DNA of 64,000 bases from Marsupella aquatica (taxonomy: Eukaryota > Plantae > Marchantiophyta), in NCBI GenBank assembly GCA_973895155.1, contig OZ316892.1, positions 8,167,251 through 8,231,250 on the forward strand, written 5' to 3'. Positions 25,961 through 38,021 of this stretch are shown here, piece by piece (position 1 is the stretch's first letter; every line of letters starts with the position of its first letter). The position numbers were made by a program, and so were the translations under genes. A model generated the notes under the pieces. It saw nothing but the letters and a program-made list of their open reading frames with translations. It made no database searches and was not told the origin of the DNA.

Positions 25961-28900
25961 TATTTATTTAGGCTATAAGAGACTGAACTCCAATTTTCCA
26001 AGTGCAAGTGCTGTGTCTGTAAAGGGCTTTGGTCTCAATGTCACAATGTTTGACCTAGCAAGTGGAATAGATCAAGCACTTTAGCTTTATACCAAAGGAA
26101 AGAGGTGAACCTATCTGAGTAAATGTGAAGGTTAAGATGGCACATGCGGGTTCTGACTGTCCATCCTAGCATCAATTTTAATGTCATGGTTATTATGGAG
26201 CTTCTTTTTTGAAATTGAGCACAGACTCAAGATTACCTTATAAAAAATATCTTTCTCCCGACCAACCCCCATGAGATTTTGGGTATGTTGACTTAAGGTC
26301 TATCAAAGTATTTGGATCACTCTCGGTCCCATCAACTAACACTTTTCATTTGGGGGGTCTATCAAGCATAACTTCTTTTCTTAAGCCATTCTCAAAAACC
26401 AAGAGGAGTAGTGCAGTTAGGGCTGCTTGCTATTTACACCTACAACAATGGTTCCCTAGTAACAATACTTACTGTTGCACTTGCATGTACCGTGAATCGT
26501 GTTGAGTGGCACAATAAAGTGGGTGGAAAGAAACAAGTTTTTGCACAGGGACATGATTTCTCTATCGCCTCTCCCCACAATTATCGACACACTGACGTGG
26601 CTTTGCAAGAAAAAGTCTTTGGTATGGAAGACTATGTTTAGAGAATATATATCATTAGGCGAACAAGTGGCCTGTTTTGGTGAAAAATAGTTACAATTGC
26701 CTCCACAGTCTTGGGAAGCCACCCCTTACCCTAAGGGGTGGGCCAGTGACCAGGTCGCATTGAATGGAAAGTGCTGAAAAAGAAGACACTGACCACATCT
26801 TTAGATAGTCTAAAGTTTGGCCTAATCTGCATCAACATTCCCCAAGGCCCACTGTAGGATTCATAGTTTCACACGTAAACGGCTGACACCATCCTTCTGA
26901 AGTCAACAGAGGCCAGTCACTGTAGTAGAACAGCACAGATGGAATCTAGGTGCAAAATCTTGAAGTGGCTAGCCAACATCACAAAGGTTTGATAAGTGCC
27001 TTCCAAAATTACCCAATTTGTCCTTGTAGAAGTCACCCATACGTCCCCAGTGATATTGAAGTAGGTTTAAGCATTTGCTCAGTTTCCATCTGGGTTGTCA
27101 AAGTCCATCCAGGCAATATGGAAGGATGAGATTTTTCATTAGACATGATGCATTTGGTAGTCAACCTTGCTGATGACTAAGTTTTCTTTTGTTCGAAGGC
27201 CAAAACTGTGTTTGAGCAATGAGTAGGGTTAAACGAAACCCAAGATCATGTATAAGTCCTTTTGGCTGCGATTTGTTTTTTCAGTTTGGGGTCATGGAAG
27301 GTTGGGCCAGTCACTTGTGTAAAATACTACAGTGATGTTGACAGCATTGTGTAGATTGACTGATTGAAGAAACCCTTGAACTTTTGGCGGTGGGATTCTA
27401 GTTATGGGTCAAGGAAGATTTGGAGAATCACATATGTAGTTAAAGTCATGTTTACAGGGTATTGTGTGATATAATGATGCTCTGCATAGTACACATAATA
27501 GCCTAATTTTTAATTTTTTTTACTAATTTTAGTTACACTAAAGGAGAATTTCAGCAGATCCAAATCTTGAGAGTGCATTTTTCTCTAATGAAAGAGAAAA
27601 ACAATGAATGGCATTAAGATCCAGTCGACATTATTGTGTCTACAACTCTAAATGCGCCTTACGTCTTAGTGAACAAGTGGACATCTTACACATTAAAAGT
27701 CTCACTTTACTTTATGGCCCCCGCCCCTCTCCTGACAGTCCTGGCCTCGAGTTCAGAGTCACTAACAACACAAAAGTGCTCTCTGGAACAATTATGAGGA
27801 AAAGGCACTGTCTGACTTACACGAGAGGCTTCTCACCTTATAGTATCCAGACCCCATAGCCCTGTGCCTCTGTGCTTGGCAGTCCTGTCTACACTACAAA
27901 GTCACCCTTTGTCCTTGGCAGTCCTGTCTATACAACGAAATCACCCATGTCCTCGTCTGTTGTGATTCGACAGTGAAGTTCTAATTGACTAACCTTAGCC
28001 AAAATGGCAGCATTTGATAAGGGCTGTCAACTATACCAAGGAACATTTTTACATTGATGGTTACCCAATTTAGTTTGACAATTCCAACTCTTTTTCTTGC
28101 CAAGATGTAAGAGTATAAAATCTATTTATGCAAGATCTAATCATCCAAATCTAATGTAAAGTGATGACTGCACTCAAATAGCAGCCACCTCTTGCGACAA
28201 GAAACTGTTTGAATTTGCTGTTAATTACACTTTTCTGCAAAAATCACTAATTATTTCACTGATTTGGCATTTAACATGAGCTGAAAGAGTCGTCAGATTC
28301 ACTGATAATAGAGCTACATTATGTGACCACGCTTCACATAACTGCATCTTCCACATTGAGTATAGAAAAGTTTGCCAACAAATAATATCAGTGAATATTG
28401 TAATCAAACAGATCATTTCATTAAACCAAGGCTGGCTTGGTTCAACATCACGAAGCCTACTCTTGTCCACGAGAACCTCTTTGAGCTTTCAAGAAGAATC
28501 CTTTCAAAAAAATGGCCACATTTGCACCAATTCTAGAGCTTCATCCCCTCAAAAAGTAAAATTTGCCCTCAATTTCAACCCAATTGAAAGGAGAAAATTC
28601 ACCAAAAATGGCCATCAAAGAACAACCAAATTGAAACGAGGGGTGAAACTATTTAGGCTTACATGAGACCCAATAGCAGGGGGGCGCTTATGTTGCAACA
28701 ACAAATGAATGTCACTCCCAAGAATCATAACTGTTTATATGGAGACTAGTCCACTTTGGCTTTATATGAAATTAAATGGTCACTTGTAAAAAAAATCTCC
28801 CCATACTACATGGACTAGAGTGGGTCCCCAAAATGCTTAAGTGGACAGTTTAATTTTGGCCAAAATTTAGATTACCTCTGGAAGTGGCGTTTTAAAAGGA

Positions 28901-30668
28901 TCATTGGGTCGCTTCTCATTCTACTAATACAGTATAAAATGCACTACACTAAATGCACTATATGACAAATTTTGCTGGTTAGGAGGTCGTCTGTGGATCA
29001 AGTACGGTAAAACACAAGTGACCTAATGATTTTTTTTGTTTGTAAAGCCCTCCTGGGCTGCTATCGGGACAATTTTTAGGGGCCAGAGCACTACTCTCCC
29101 CATAGAAGAAAATGATTGCATGGATGGCTGCCATTTCCTACATCCTCTACATTCAGCGTACAAATCCTATCCCAAAGGGTGAGGGATAGCAGAGAATATG
29201 AAGACAATGTAGGATGTAAACATGTGGCAGGGCAAGCAACAAAGATGTATTTTGCAAAGGCAAGGAAAACAGGTTTTGTGATCAGGAAAATATCAGAAAT
29301 GTTGGTCTGCATCTAGACTTGTGCCTGTGCCATGAAAAAAGATTGGGATGCCATCCACCGGTGCAAGCAGACTAGCCCCCCCCCCCCCCCCCCCCCCGCC
29401 TGCAACCCAGAATGACTGGGTCCTATGCTGGTGCAGCACCCAATTAGGAGTACTGGTGGGGATGCTCTGAAGTCTTGGATTACTGACTCCAGGTTTGCCT
29501 GGGCAGTGTGGTGGTTCCTGCTCGGGTGTTTTTGAGTCTGGGGTCTCTTTGCTCGTTCTTTACCAGGGAGCAGGGTTTCGCCCCTGCCCTACTCTGAATT
29601 GGTCCATTTTCTTACCAAAAAAAGACAACATTTTCAGTTTCCATATGCTCATGAATTGAGCGTACAGTCCAACCGGAAATTACCATAAAGTAGTTTAAGA
29701 GACTCCTTAGTTTTCATCCATTGAAGATATTCCTAGAATCTATAAACCTTTCCCTTTCTTTGAAGAATGATTTTGCAAAGGATTATTTATTTAAAATGTC
29801 TGACGCGGATCAGTGAGAAGAGAACTACAGTATCTGGCTGACACCTTAGAGCACGTTACTCTTATCTACTGGTGAATATAAAACCCTCTCGTTGCAATGT
29901 GCTGCATACATATGATACTATTTAAGTCACAATATGACGCCAGAATGATTATTCTGCCTACTTTTGAACTTGCAAGCTCTTTCAGATGGATAGAGACACT
30001 ATTCATTTGTTTGTTGCCTTTGGGTCTCAATCTTATCTTGAATTCCTGTCTTCTGGTACCAAAATATGACACTCAACAGCAGTTGCCCTTTTGGAGTACC
30101 AATTCAAAAAGTAGGGCTTTAGTTCTTTTGCCATTGTTGGGTAGTCTCGGGCTTTTGGGCTCTTTGTCTTCCTGGGATTTCCATTGCCTTTTTCTTCTTT
30201 ATTGGGTCTCTTGCCTTTGGGATCTTGTCTTCCCGATAGGTTTTTTTTGTTCATTGGCAGGGTGATAATAATCTAAGATGATGGGGAGAGGAAAATACAC
30301 ACACTAGCTAGGAATGAGATGAAAATGTGAATTCACTTTCCTACACCTTATGCTTTTATTCAAACTAGCCTGAATGCTTGAGCTTTGCACAAAAATTAGA
30401 TGGTGGGTACCACTGTGTTGGTTTCCAGGGCACCTCCTACCATAACTTTGCTCCCAGAGTCACGGTCCAGAGACCTCACTTTAGAGGGTAAGCCCTCATC
30501 CTAGCTTTCAATTGCGCTTCATTAGATAGATTGGGCAGTTGAAAACGGATGGGTTTTCCACCCTGAATACATTTCCCACTCCTCGGCCAAGTTTGCAAGG
30601 ATGAGGTTACTCTTCCCCTTCACGAAGTAAAAATTACAAAAACAGTTGAGAATGGAAAGCACATGTAA

Positions 30669-30910
30669 GACACTTAGACAAGCTCAGGCGGCTAGGGGTG
30701 GCGTGTCCCCAGATGGTCTCAAGTTCAATCCCTGACAGTGCCCCTCTTGCAGTGGGTTTCTGCTCCAGATTATTAACTAGTTTATAAATGGGGTCTGGTC
30801 CAAACTGTGTCGGGTGTGTTCAATGTGCATTGTGCCACACAGTAATATCTATCTATCTATCTATCTATCTATCTAAGGCGTGCTCAAGAGCGGTTCCCTT
30901 GTAAGAAAAG
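30669..30910 (+). mobile_element. tRNA-derived SINE with an internal (TATC)n microsatellite
   Basis: A-box-like AGCTCAGGCGGCTAG (30681) and B-box-like AGTTCAATCCC (30722). Residual acceptor-stem pairing GACACT/AGTGCC. A non-tRNA body follows, with (TATC)7 at about 30846-30874. TGTAAGA at 30664 and 30900 may be the TSD. Confidence 0.65.
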
Positions 30911-31264
30911 TCCTAGGTACCAAGATTGCATGTCGCATCATTTGTGAAATTCAGGACAGTTAGTTGAACTTGGCAACTAGATCTCGGATGGAACTAGTCA
31001 ACGTATAGTTATCAAGGAGTTAACTTTCATCACTACGTCTGAAGCACGAGCAGCGAGAGAGTGTGGTCTCTCGTTGTCACCCTTCCGATGCTTTTTTAAG
31101 CTACTCTCCTGAAAAGCAAGTTATGTTTAATACCTGATTTGTGCTCTGCTGCTGAAGATATTGAGACAAACAAAGAAGTGACTGCAGCGCCTCTTCCTTA
31201 CATTTTGACAGGCAAAGACACTAACCTCCCCTAGTGGTCTTTCCCAGTTATATTTGTGATTCTC

Positions 31265-34200
31265 CTATAAAGCTGATTGCCTCGTTTGTGCATCTCTTTT
31301 TGCCTGGCTCTTTGCACCCACCATTCTCATTACAGAGTGGACATCAGCAAAATGGGGAGCTAGAGCTTTCTCCACGGCTTGAACCCACTTTTGAATCTTT
31401 TCTTTAGTACCAAAAATAGCCTCTCGATCCAACCGGTCCAATAGCTGAAACAAGCCACAAAGTGATCAATCGGTTGAACACCTTAGTACTATTACGTGAG
31501 GCACAATCATATGCAGAGGCTCGTCTGAGTGTCAACAATATACGTTAGTCAACAAAGAAATCGTTGACACTTTCTGAAGATGAATTTTACCTCAGCCTGT
31601 ACCACCTCACAAACCAGGGAAAGATCAGCAATAGATGGCTGACTTGCACCAGCCAAGAAGGGCCCTTCTCCAGTCAACCAATTATCCTCTATAAATTTTA
31701 GAGAGGTACTCAAGGTAATTTTACTCTGTCGAATAGCATTTTCATCTGGCTTTATACCCAATCTTGGTCCGAACACTTTCTGTCTCATATATGTCGCTGC
31801 ACCCATAACAAACATCTCCCCAAAGTAAAACAAAAACTCGGAAAAAGGATCTGGACGAGTCCCGCATACCATTAGTGTCCCAAGATTATGTGTCTACAGA
31901 AGTTCGTGAAATACTGAGGAGACATATAGATAAGCAAACAATGTCAAATTCGGCATTTTCATCCTCTTGACATTGTAGTCAGTTTCTTAGACGATACGCG
32001 GTCGTAGTCGATACGACGTGACTACAATATCATAAGATACGAGATACGAGGTCTTGTTTGATGTGGAATTTAACTGTAACTTGAAGCACAATCCACGCCA
32101 GATGTCGAAAATCAAACTGGCGCAAGTATAGAAATGGCAGACCATGAGAAAATTGATATACTGTTTTACCACGAAAACGTGTATTTAGTCAGCAGTTGGG
32201 AATGCAATACTGTACTTGATCCGATGCGTAAATTCAAGTGATGCCACTCCAGAATACAATCGACTATGGCCCTTTTTCGAGGATCAGCAGGGTACCTTCA
32301 TCAGCAGAAATATATGAACCTGTTAGCTGTGGTCTTCAATTTCAGAACTAGAAGTACTCGGTACTTCGGAACAGGTCTGTTTTTTAAGCATGCGCCAACT
32401 TCCTAAGCTCTCAAAGTGATCCACCTTGAAAATGTAAGTTCTTTCTATATGCGAACAAGGCTGAGCAGCAAACTGAGCTGGAAATGCACTTCCAAACAAC
32501 TAGAGTGAACTGAGTATCTTCTGCACCATGAACATGTATCATTTGAGGTCAGTACCTACCACTCAAATGATGTCTTGAACGGCAAATAAAAAAAATTACA
32601 CGATCCAAACGAATATGATCCCCTGAACTCTCATTCACTGGCTCTTAGTCTTCTCCTCATTTCTCTAAGAGAACCAGTTCATGTAAATCCAAAGCTCTCA
32701 TAAGTCTCCACGCACCTCCAACTTCAACCCATGATTTTAATTATTATCTTGTAATGCACGATAGATGCTGTAGACTTACCAATGGTCTGGGACAGACCGC
32801 GTCGTAGCGAGATATCTGAAAATGGCATGGCTGCATGATACACAGGCAATATTACCGAGTGCAATTGATACTGATAATAACAATAGAAAACACTGCAAGC
32901 AGAGGATGGATGCGACCGAACGAGTTTGCAGAAGAAAAATTGAGAACAAGAAGTACTAACCCGGCAGAAAGCACAGATTTTCAGGAGCGAAAGTAAGACT
33001 AGAAATTGCCTTTCATGGACGTCTTTCTATTTACTGCACATCTTTCCAAGTCGCACCTTTCGAAAAGCTTGAAGTCGTCATCTATCATAGCAGGGAGCAG
33101 TCCCATGGGGTTGATGGCTGTAATTTAAGCACACGGTCTGAGAAGCTTCTTCACAAAAGGACATGATCAAGTCATCAACAGAACGTGAACTCTACCCCTA
33201 CCCCTCTCTCCGGGATGTGTCAGAGTTTCATCTCTTGAAGAAAAACAAGACCAACTCGAGAGGGGGGTGCGGGTGGGGGGGGTTTGCAATCTGCATAATA
33301 CCTAGAAATTCAGGCTTTTTGTGCTCCCGCTTCCCAATTGAAACCATCTGTTCTTCATGTTGAATGGTGTTGGCTCTGCATCAAATGAATGAAATGAGTT
33401 TTGAGCTAATAACTGCAGCAAATTTAATATGTATACTCATGATTTGAACCTGGCGGATCCAAAACCCTACGCAGATCATTCGCTGGTACAAAGGTGAACG
33501 AACTATGTTTCTGTGCAGTTTGATTGCATGAAAGGCAGTTTCAGTGAAAGTACTGCTCATAGTAGTTCACTTCTGAGGCGCTACAACGATTTAAATAGGG
33601 ACGACTTAGGGTGTCCAATTTGATCTATAAAGGCGAATAGACTCAAAGATAACTGCAATTCCGGTCATAAATTTCAATACCAAACCAGCTGGAAAACTTG
33701 AACTCTTTGCATGACCGGTATTCAAAATCTTCAATATACTTTGAAAGGAAAAGGCGGAGGAGTATGTGAACTAGTAGAATCAGAGCATAAATAAGGTGAT
33801 TCAGGAGAAACAGGAGAGAATCCATCGCCTCCTTTCATCTCTAACATAAGAAAAAATCCAACACAAACAATAGTTCGAAATGGAAGTAGAAAACCCAGAA
33901 AAAGCATAAAAACTGCTTGACTAGCAATCCACCATCAAAATTCTCAAGTGAAATCACAGAGGACGATGATGGTAAAAGCGAGTTAATTGAACTCACCGAT
34001 CATCAACAAAGCGGATCGAAGGAGAGGAGCAGAACTATCTGTCTTATTCAACTCTGTCATTCAGATCCAAAGAAGAAAAAGGACCACACCGAAAAATGAT
34101 ATGTACCATTCAAAGACCGTGATTCATGACAAATCAAAACCCAGGACGAAATTCATGCCAACCAGCCCTCGGATTCACAAATCCCGATCACATTGCAAGC

Positions 34201-34311
34201 CGAGAGCGCACGCTGGTGAACAGTAGGAAATCAGGCAATTACAAACCTGGCGAAAATCAGCAGAGCTCGCGAAGGCTGGGACAGCAGGTCTGCATATATT
34301 TTGAGCACCAT
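31265..34311 (-). CDS. GSTT: Theta-class glutathione S-transferase (7 exons, approx.: 34247-34311, 33301-33375, 33057-33117, 32780-32831, 32216-32295, 31591-31796, 31265-31444)
   Basis: Spliced product: [103 protein letters not shown]...QPSIADLSLVCEVVQ. It has the theta-type SQPSR active-site motif and a DHWYP motif. Confidence 0.92.
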
Positions 34312-34489
34312 GGTCACCAAAATCCGAACACGATCAGCTCGTCCTCAATCAGTCAGTCAATCAATCAATTCGCCTTGAAGTTCCTCCTAATGCCACAGGT
34401 CTTGCCTTCCACTGTCGTTCCTCTCCACTCCCTCTCCCTCTCCCCGCCTCTCCTCTTTTTTCCTCTCACCTCTCCCTCCTGACCAATTG

Positions 34490-34692
34490 GAAAAATTTTT
34501 AGCAGCTCCCAAATGTTCGCGGATACGAAGACTCCTTCGCTTAACTCCCGGGGTAATAATCTTCATAGCTGTAGGATGTAGTCTTCTCTTTGGGACAGGT
34601 CGAAAAATTCTTAGCAGCTCCCAAATGTTCGCAGACACGAGGAATCCTTTGCTTAATTCCCGGGGTAATAATCTTCATATCAGCAGGATGTA
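34490..34692. repeat. ~112-bp tandem duplication in the GST upstream region
   Basis: GAAAAATTYTTAGCAGCTCCCAAATGTTCGC...CCCGGGGTAATAATCTTCATA...AGGATGTA at about 34490 and 34602. Confidence 0.9.
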
Positions 34693-35039
34693 AAGATTTT
34701 GTCTTCAGCCCTTTTGTCAGAATGACTTGTTCTAAGCACAAATCCATCAGTTGACTTTCCATCCCTTCACTTTTCCGTTACCATAGACTAAGTTTTGTGG
34801 GCACCATTAATTAAAGGGGTTGATACCCTTCACTACTCCCTTTTGCATTTTGGATCGAAAATGCAATTGTGGTGTAAACAGGAATTGAGTACTTTGATTT
34901 TCTTCTTATATGGGGTTTGCTAGTTTGGCATTACAGTTATTAAATAAAGAGCTATCATTAATTTTTTAATAGTTGACCGCAAAGATGTTGCCAGCTTGTT
35001 GTTGTGGGCATACTAACAAGAGAGCTGAAAGAAGTGTTG

Positions 35040-35750
35040 TCATTGCTGAAGCTGGTTTGCACAAGTGTTAACAATATATACCACAGTGCCAAAAAGACAG
35101 AAACACCAAACAGGATGACATAATCCCATAATTGAAGCAAAAAGACCCACTAAAGGGAGGGAAAAGGGAAAGACCCTGAGAAAACCAAAGAGGCCCAAAA
35201 ACCAAGGAGTCCCCAACAACAACAAAAAGTCCACTAAGAAACAAATTCCACTAAGAATTAAAACCTTACTCAGTGGAAAACTAAAAAGCCTGGTAGAACT
35301 CTGGAGTGAATCACATCGGAGGGTCATGGAAGGGAGCCTGTCTAGAGGCCTAAAATCATCTGCCTCGGCTCTACAAAGAATGGTGAAAGCCTGAGCCCTT
35401 TGAAGTGCCACCAACATTCTCTATTGAAAGAAGGCCTTGAGGACTGAAACAGGGGAATAAGGCCTCCGCTCAATACAAAAATTGGCACAAGCCTGAAAGA
35501 ACTGATCAAAGCAAGGGTGGAGAGCACTTAGGACCTCACTAGCAAAAGGGTAGAAAAACATTTTGCTGCTAAAAAAACAGCAGGTGGTCATTGCAGGAAA
35601 TAGTTGCAGAAGTGATAGGGGAAGGCTAGGTGGCCAGTGGTGCCAAATGCAAAAGATGGTCATTGTCCTCATCAAAGCAAAAGTGGTGTCATTCCAGACG
35701 ATAGTTCTGCAATTCAAATGCAAAAGGTATACGATCATTGTGGTTGTCTA
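35040..35750 (-). mobile_element. 3' remnant of a non-LTR retrotransposon with a restriction-like endonuclease (CRE-like)
   Basis: The minus frame reads FYPFASEVLSALHPCFDQFFQACA...SVLKAFFQ*RMLVALQRAQAFTILCRA, which matches the RLE C-terminal pattern F.PF..E..G...S.ALQR..A. It has an in-frame stop and is followed by a T-rich 3' UTR. Confidence 0.6.
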
Positions 35751-38021
35751 AGTTGAAGCTCGCGTTGCAGATGAGAGTTGCATAAGTGGTGAGGGATTGC
35801 AAAAGAGGTATGTGCTGTTGATGAAGGCCCGTACTCTGGGCAATAGTTGCACAAGTGATAAGGGGAGCCAAAGGTGGCTGTTGTTGTCAGTTTGTAACAT
35901 GGCCATTACAAAAGATAGTTGTGCACTTCTGGTAAGGAGGATTTGGGGCTAACAATGATAAGTGATGTGAAGAAGTCATTTAAGAAAAAGGACCTCAAAT
36001 AAGTCCAAGTTTGTTTTCTCTCCCCTCCCGCTTTTTGTTTCCCATCCACCCTCCCCATTTCCCCCCCAAAACATTGTTTGACATCTCTCCTCAAGGGGCC
36101 ACCGCACAACTCTATATAACCAGTGGCCTTCCCATTCCTCACAATTCCATTTCTCCCGCCCCTGCACACCCGAGACTTACACATGACGCCTTTGTTGCCT
36201 TGTGCCCCCTTGGTCAAGTGAAGAAAAATCATGCAGTCAAATGTGGATCCTGCCTTTGCAATTCATACCTAGAACATGGGTGAGTGTTGGGCATATTAGA
36301 ATCGTTCACTAGCCCAATGTTCACGTATTGACTGTTGTTGTTGTTACTGTTGCGTCCATGTTGTAGAGGTGAGACAAAAAAATACAGGTGATGCAAGGAC
36401 CCGTTATGGAGGCACAAAAGTTTTGTCAAAGTACTGAAAAAATCATTGCAGAAAAGAAGTGTTGCCAAAGAAAGGAAGTGTCATTGAGCGTGTTAATGAT
36501 GTCAAGGTTGACGCAAAAGAGTTGTCAAAACAAAACCTAGCTAACACCAATTGCCCATCAGCTCATGCCATGGCACTATTCATTGTTGGTGACTATTCTT
36601 AAGGACGGATGAGAGGGTGAGAGTTGCAGAGATGTGTCCAAAGGGAGAGGAAGGTGCGTCAAGGGACAAGCAAGGGATGGACAAATCAACAATCACTCTT
36701 TTTTTCTCCATGTCTTTCCGTGTCTCCCCTTCCCCCCCTCCTTGAGGCAAGCAGGGGTAGTGCTGCAGGCAGGTTATGTGCACTGTACTGTTGCTACATT
36801 TATATATTTTTGGACAATCAAACAACTCTGGAAAAACAATGATTCAGCAGAAAGTCAGGATTTGGTCTCACCTTTGAAGCTGTTTGTATACAAACCATCT
36901 GCCAAAATTGGAAAGATCACTTACTATAGTGGTTGCTATACATTGGGGTTTAGGTCTTGGTTAGGTGTGTATGCTCTGCCTACTTGTCTCGGGGCCCAAG
37001 AATCAAGGGACTGTTAGGAATTGGCTTGAGTGCTCTGCTTTAGTTAGTTTGACCTTAGTAGGTTAATTAACCCTTGATTAAATTAGAATAAAATACACTT
37101 AGTTTACACCCATCTCGGATTCTTTGGGGGGGGGGGGGTATAGGTTGGAGAGAGAACATTTTCTCCCTCATTTTTCACATGCATTTTCTCATGCGCTATG
37201 GATACTTCAGGAGTTTATCCTTGGTGATCTCTTGTTAATCTAGTGTGAGATTAAATGCTCTTATGTTCCGCATTTACTATCTAGACTGAGCCAATAATTT
37301 CTTCATGACACCAATTGGTGAAATCAGGGGTATTTGTGACAAAGTCAAACTCACTAATTCTCTAATTTCATTGCAGGATTGAAGTGCGGAATTCTATTAG
37401 TTTCCTACACTAAGTCTTTAGTGTTCCTATAGTAGTTCACCATTCAAAGAAGATGTATGGAAGAGTGACAGTGTCTTGGCTGGACTCAAGAAGATGTCAA
37501 TAACATGTTCAACCGGGAACATGCCTCCTTTTTGTCTTGTAATGATATGTAATTTATTTATGATAAAAGAAAAGAGTAGATGTAAAGTACATGCCAATTA
37601 TTAATTAAGAGTGAGTAAAATATTTCTCATGTATTTCTCATGTAATAAGAAATACTTATGATTTTGTTTATTATTTCTTTATTAATATTCTTCATGTCCC
37701 AGTGTCAAAATTTGGATAATGGAAGTGGATAGTGACACATTTCCCTGCCCACAGTACTCTCACAAAACCATTGAGTTGGGTGTAAACATCTGAATTATTT
37801 CCATACACATTACATGCTCAGAGTCTCTAATGTAAGACAAGCCCGGATGGGACTGCATAAGTGTGGCCTCATCTAATATTTCATACTAGTGACTCTAAAC
37901 CTCTCGATACTAGACTTGAACCGGTCACATAAATGGACGAAAAAATTGAAGGAAGACAGCACTCATTCTACATGTGTAAGTTTCGACTTGCAATTGATGA
38001 TGGCAGAAAGTTAGCTTGGAC

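Noticed and set aside
30669-30743. Functional tRNA gene
   Set aside because: The stems are mismatched, the B box is degenerate and no anticodon arm is clear. A SINE head fits better.
34490-34692. Tandem snoRNA/snRNA pair
   Set aside because: A C-box-like ATGAAGA is present on the minus strand, but no properly placed D box or recognisable snRNA sequence.
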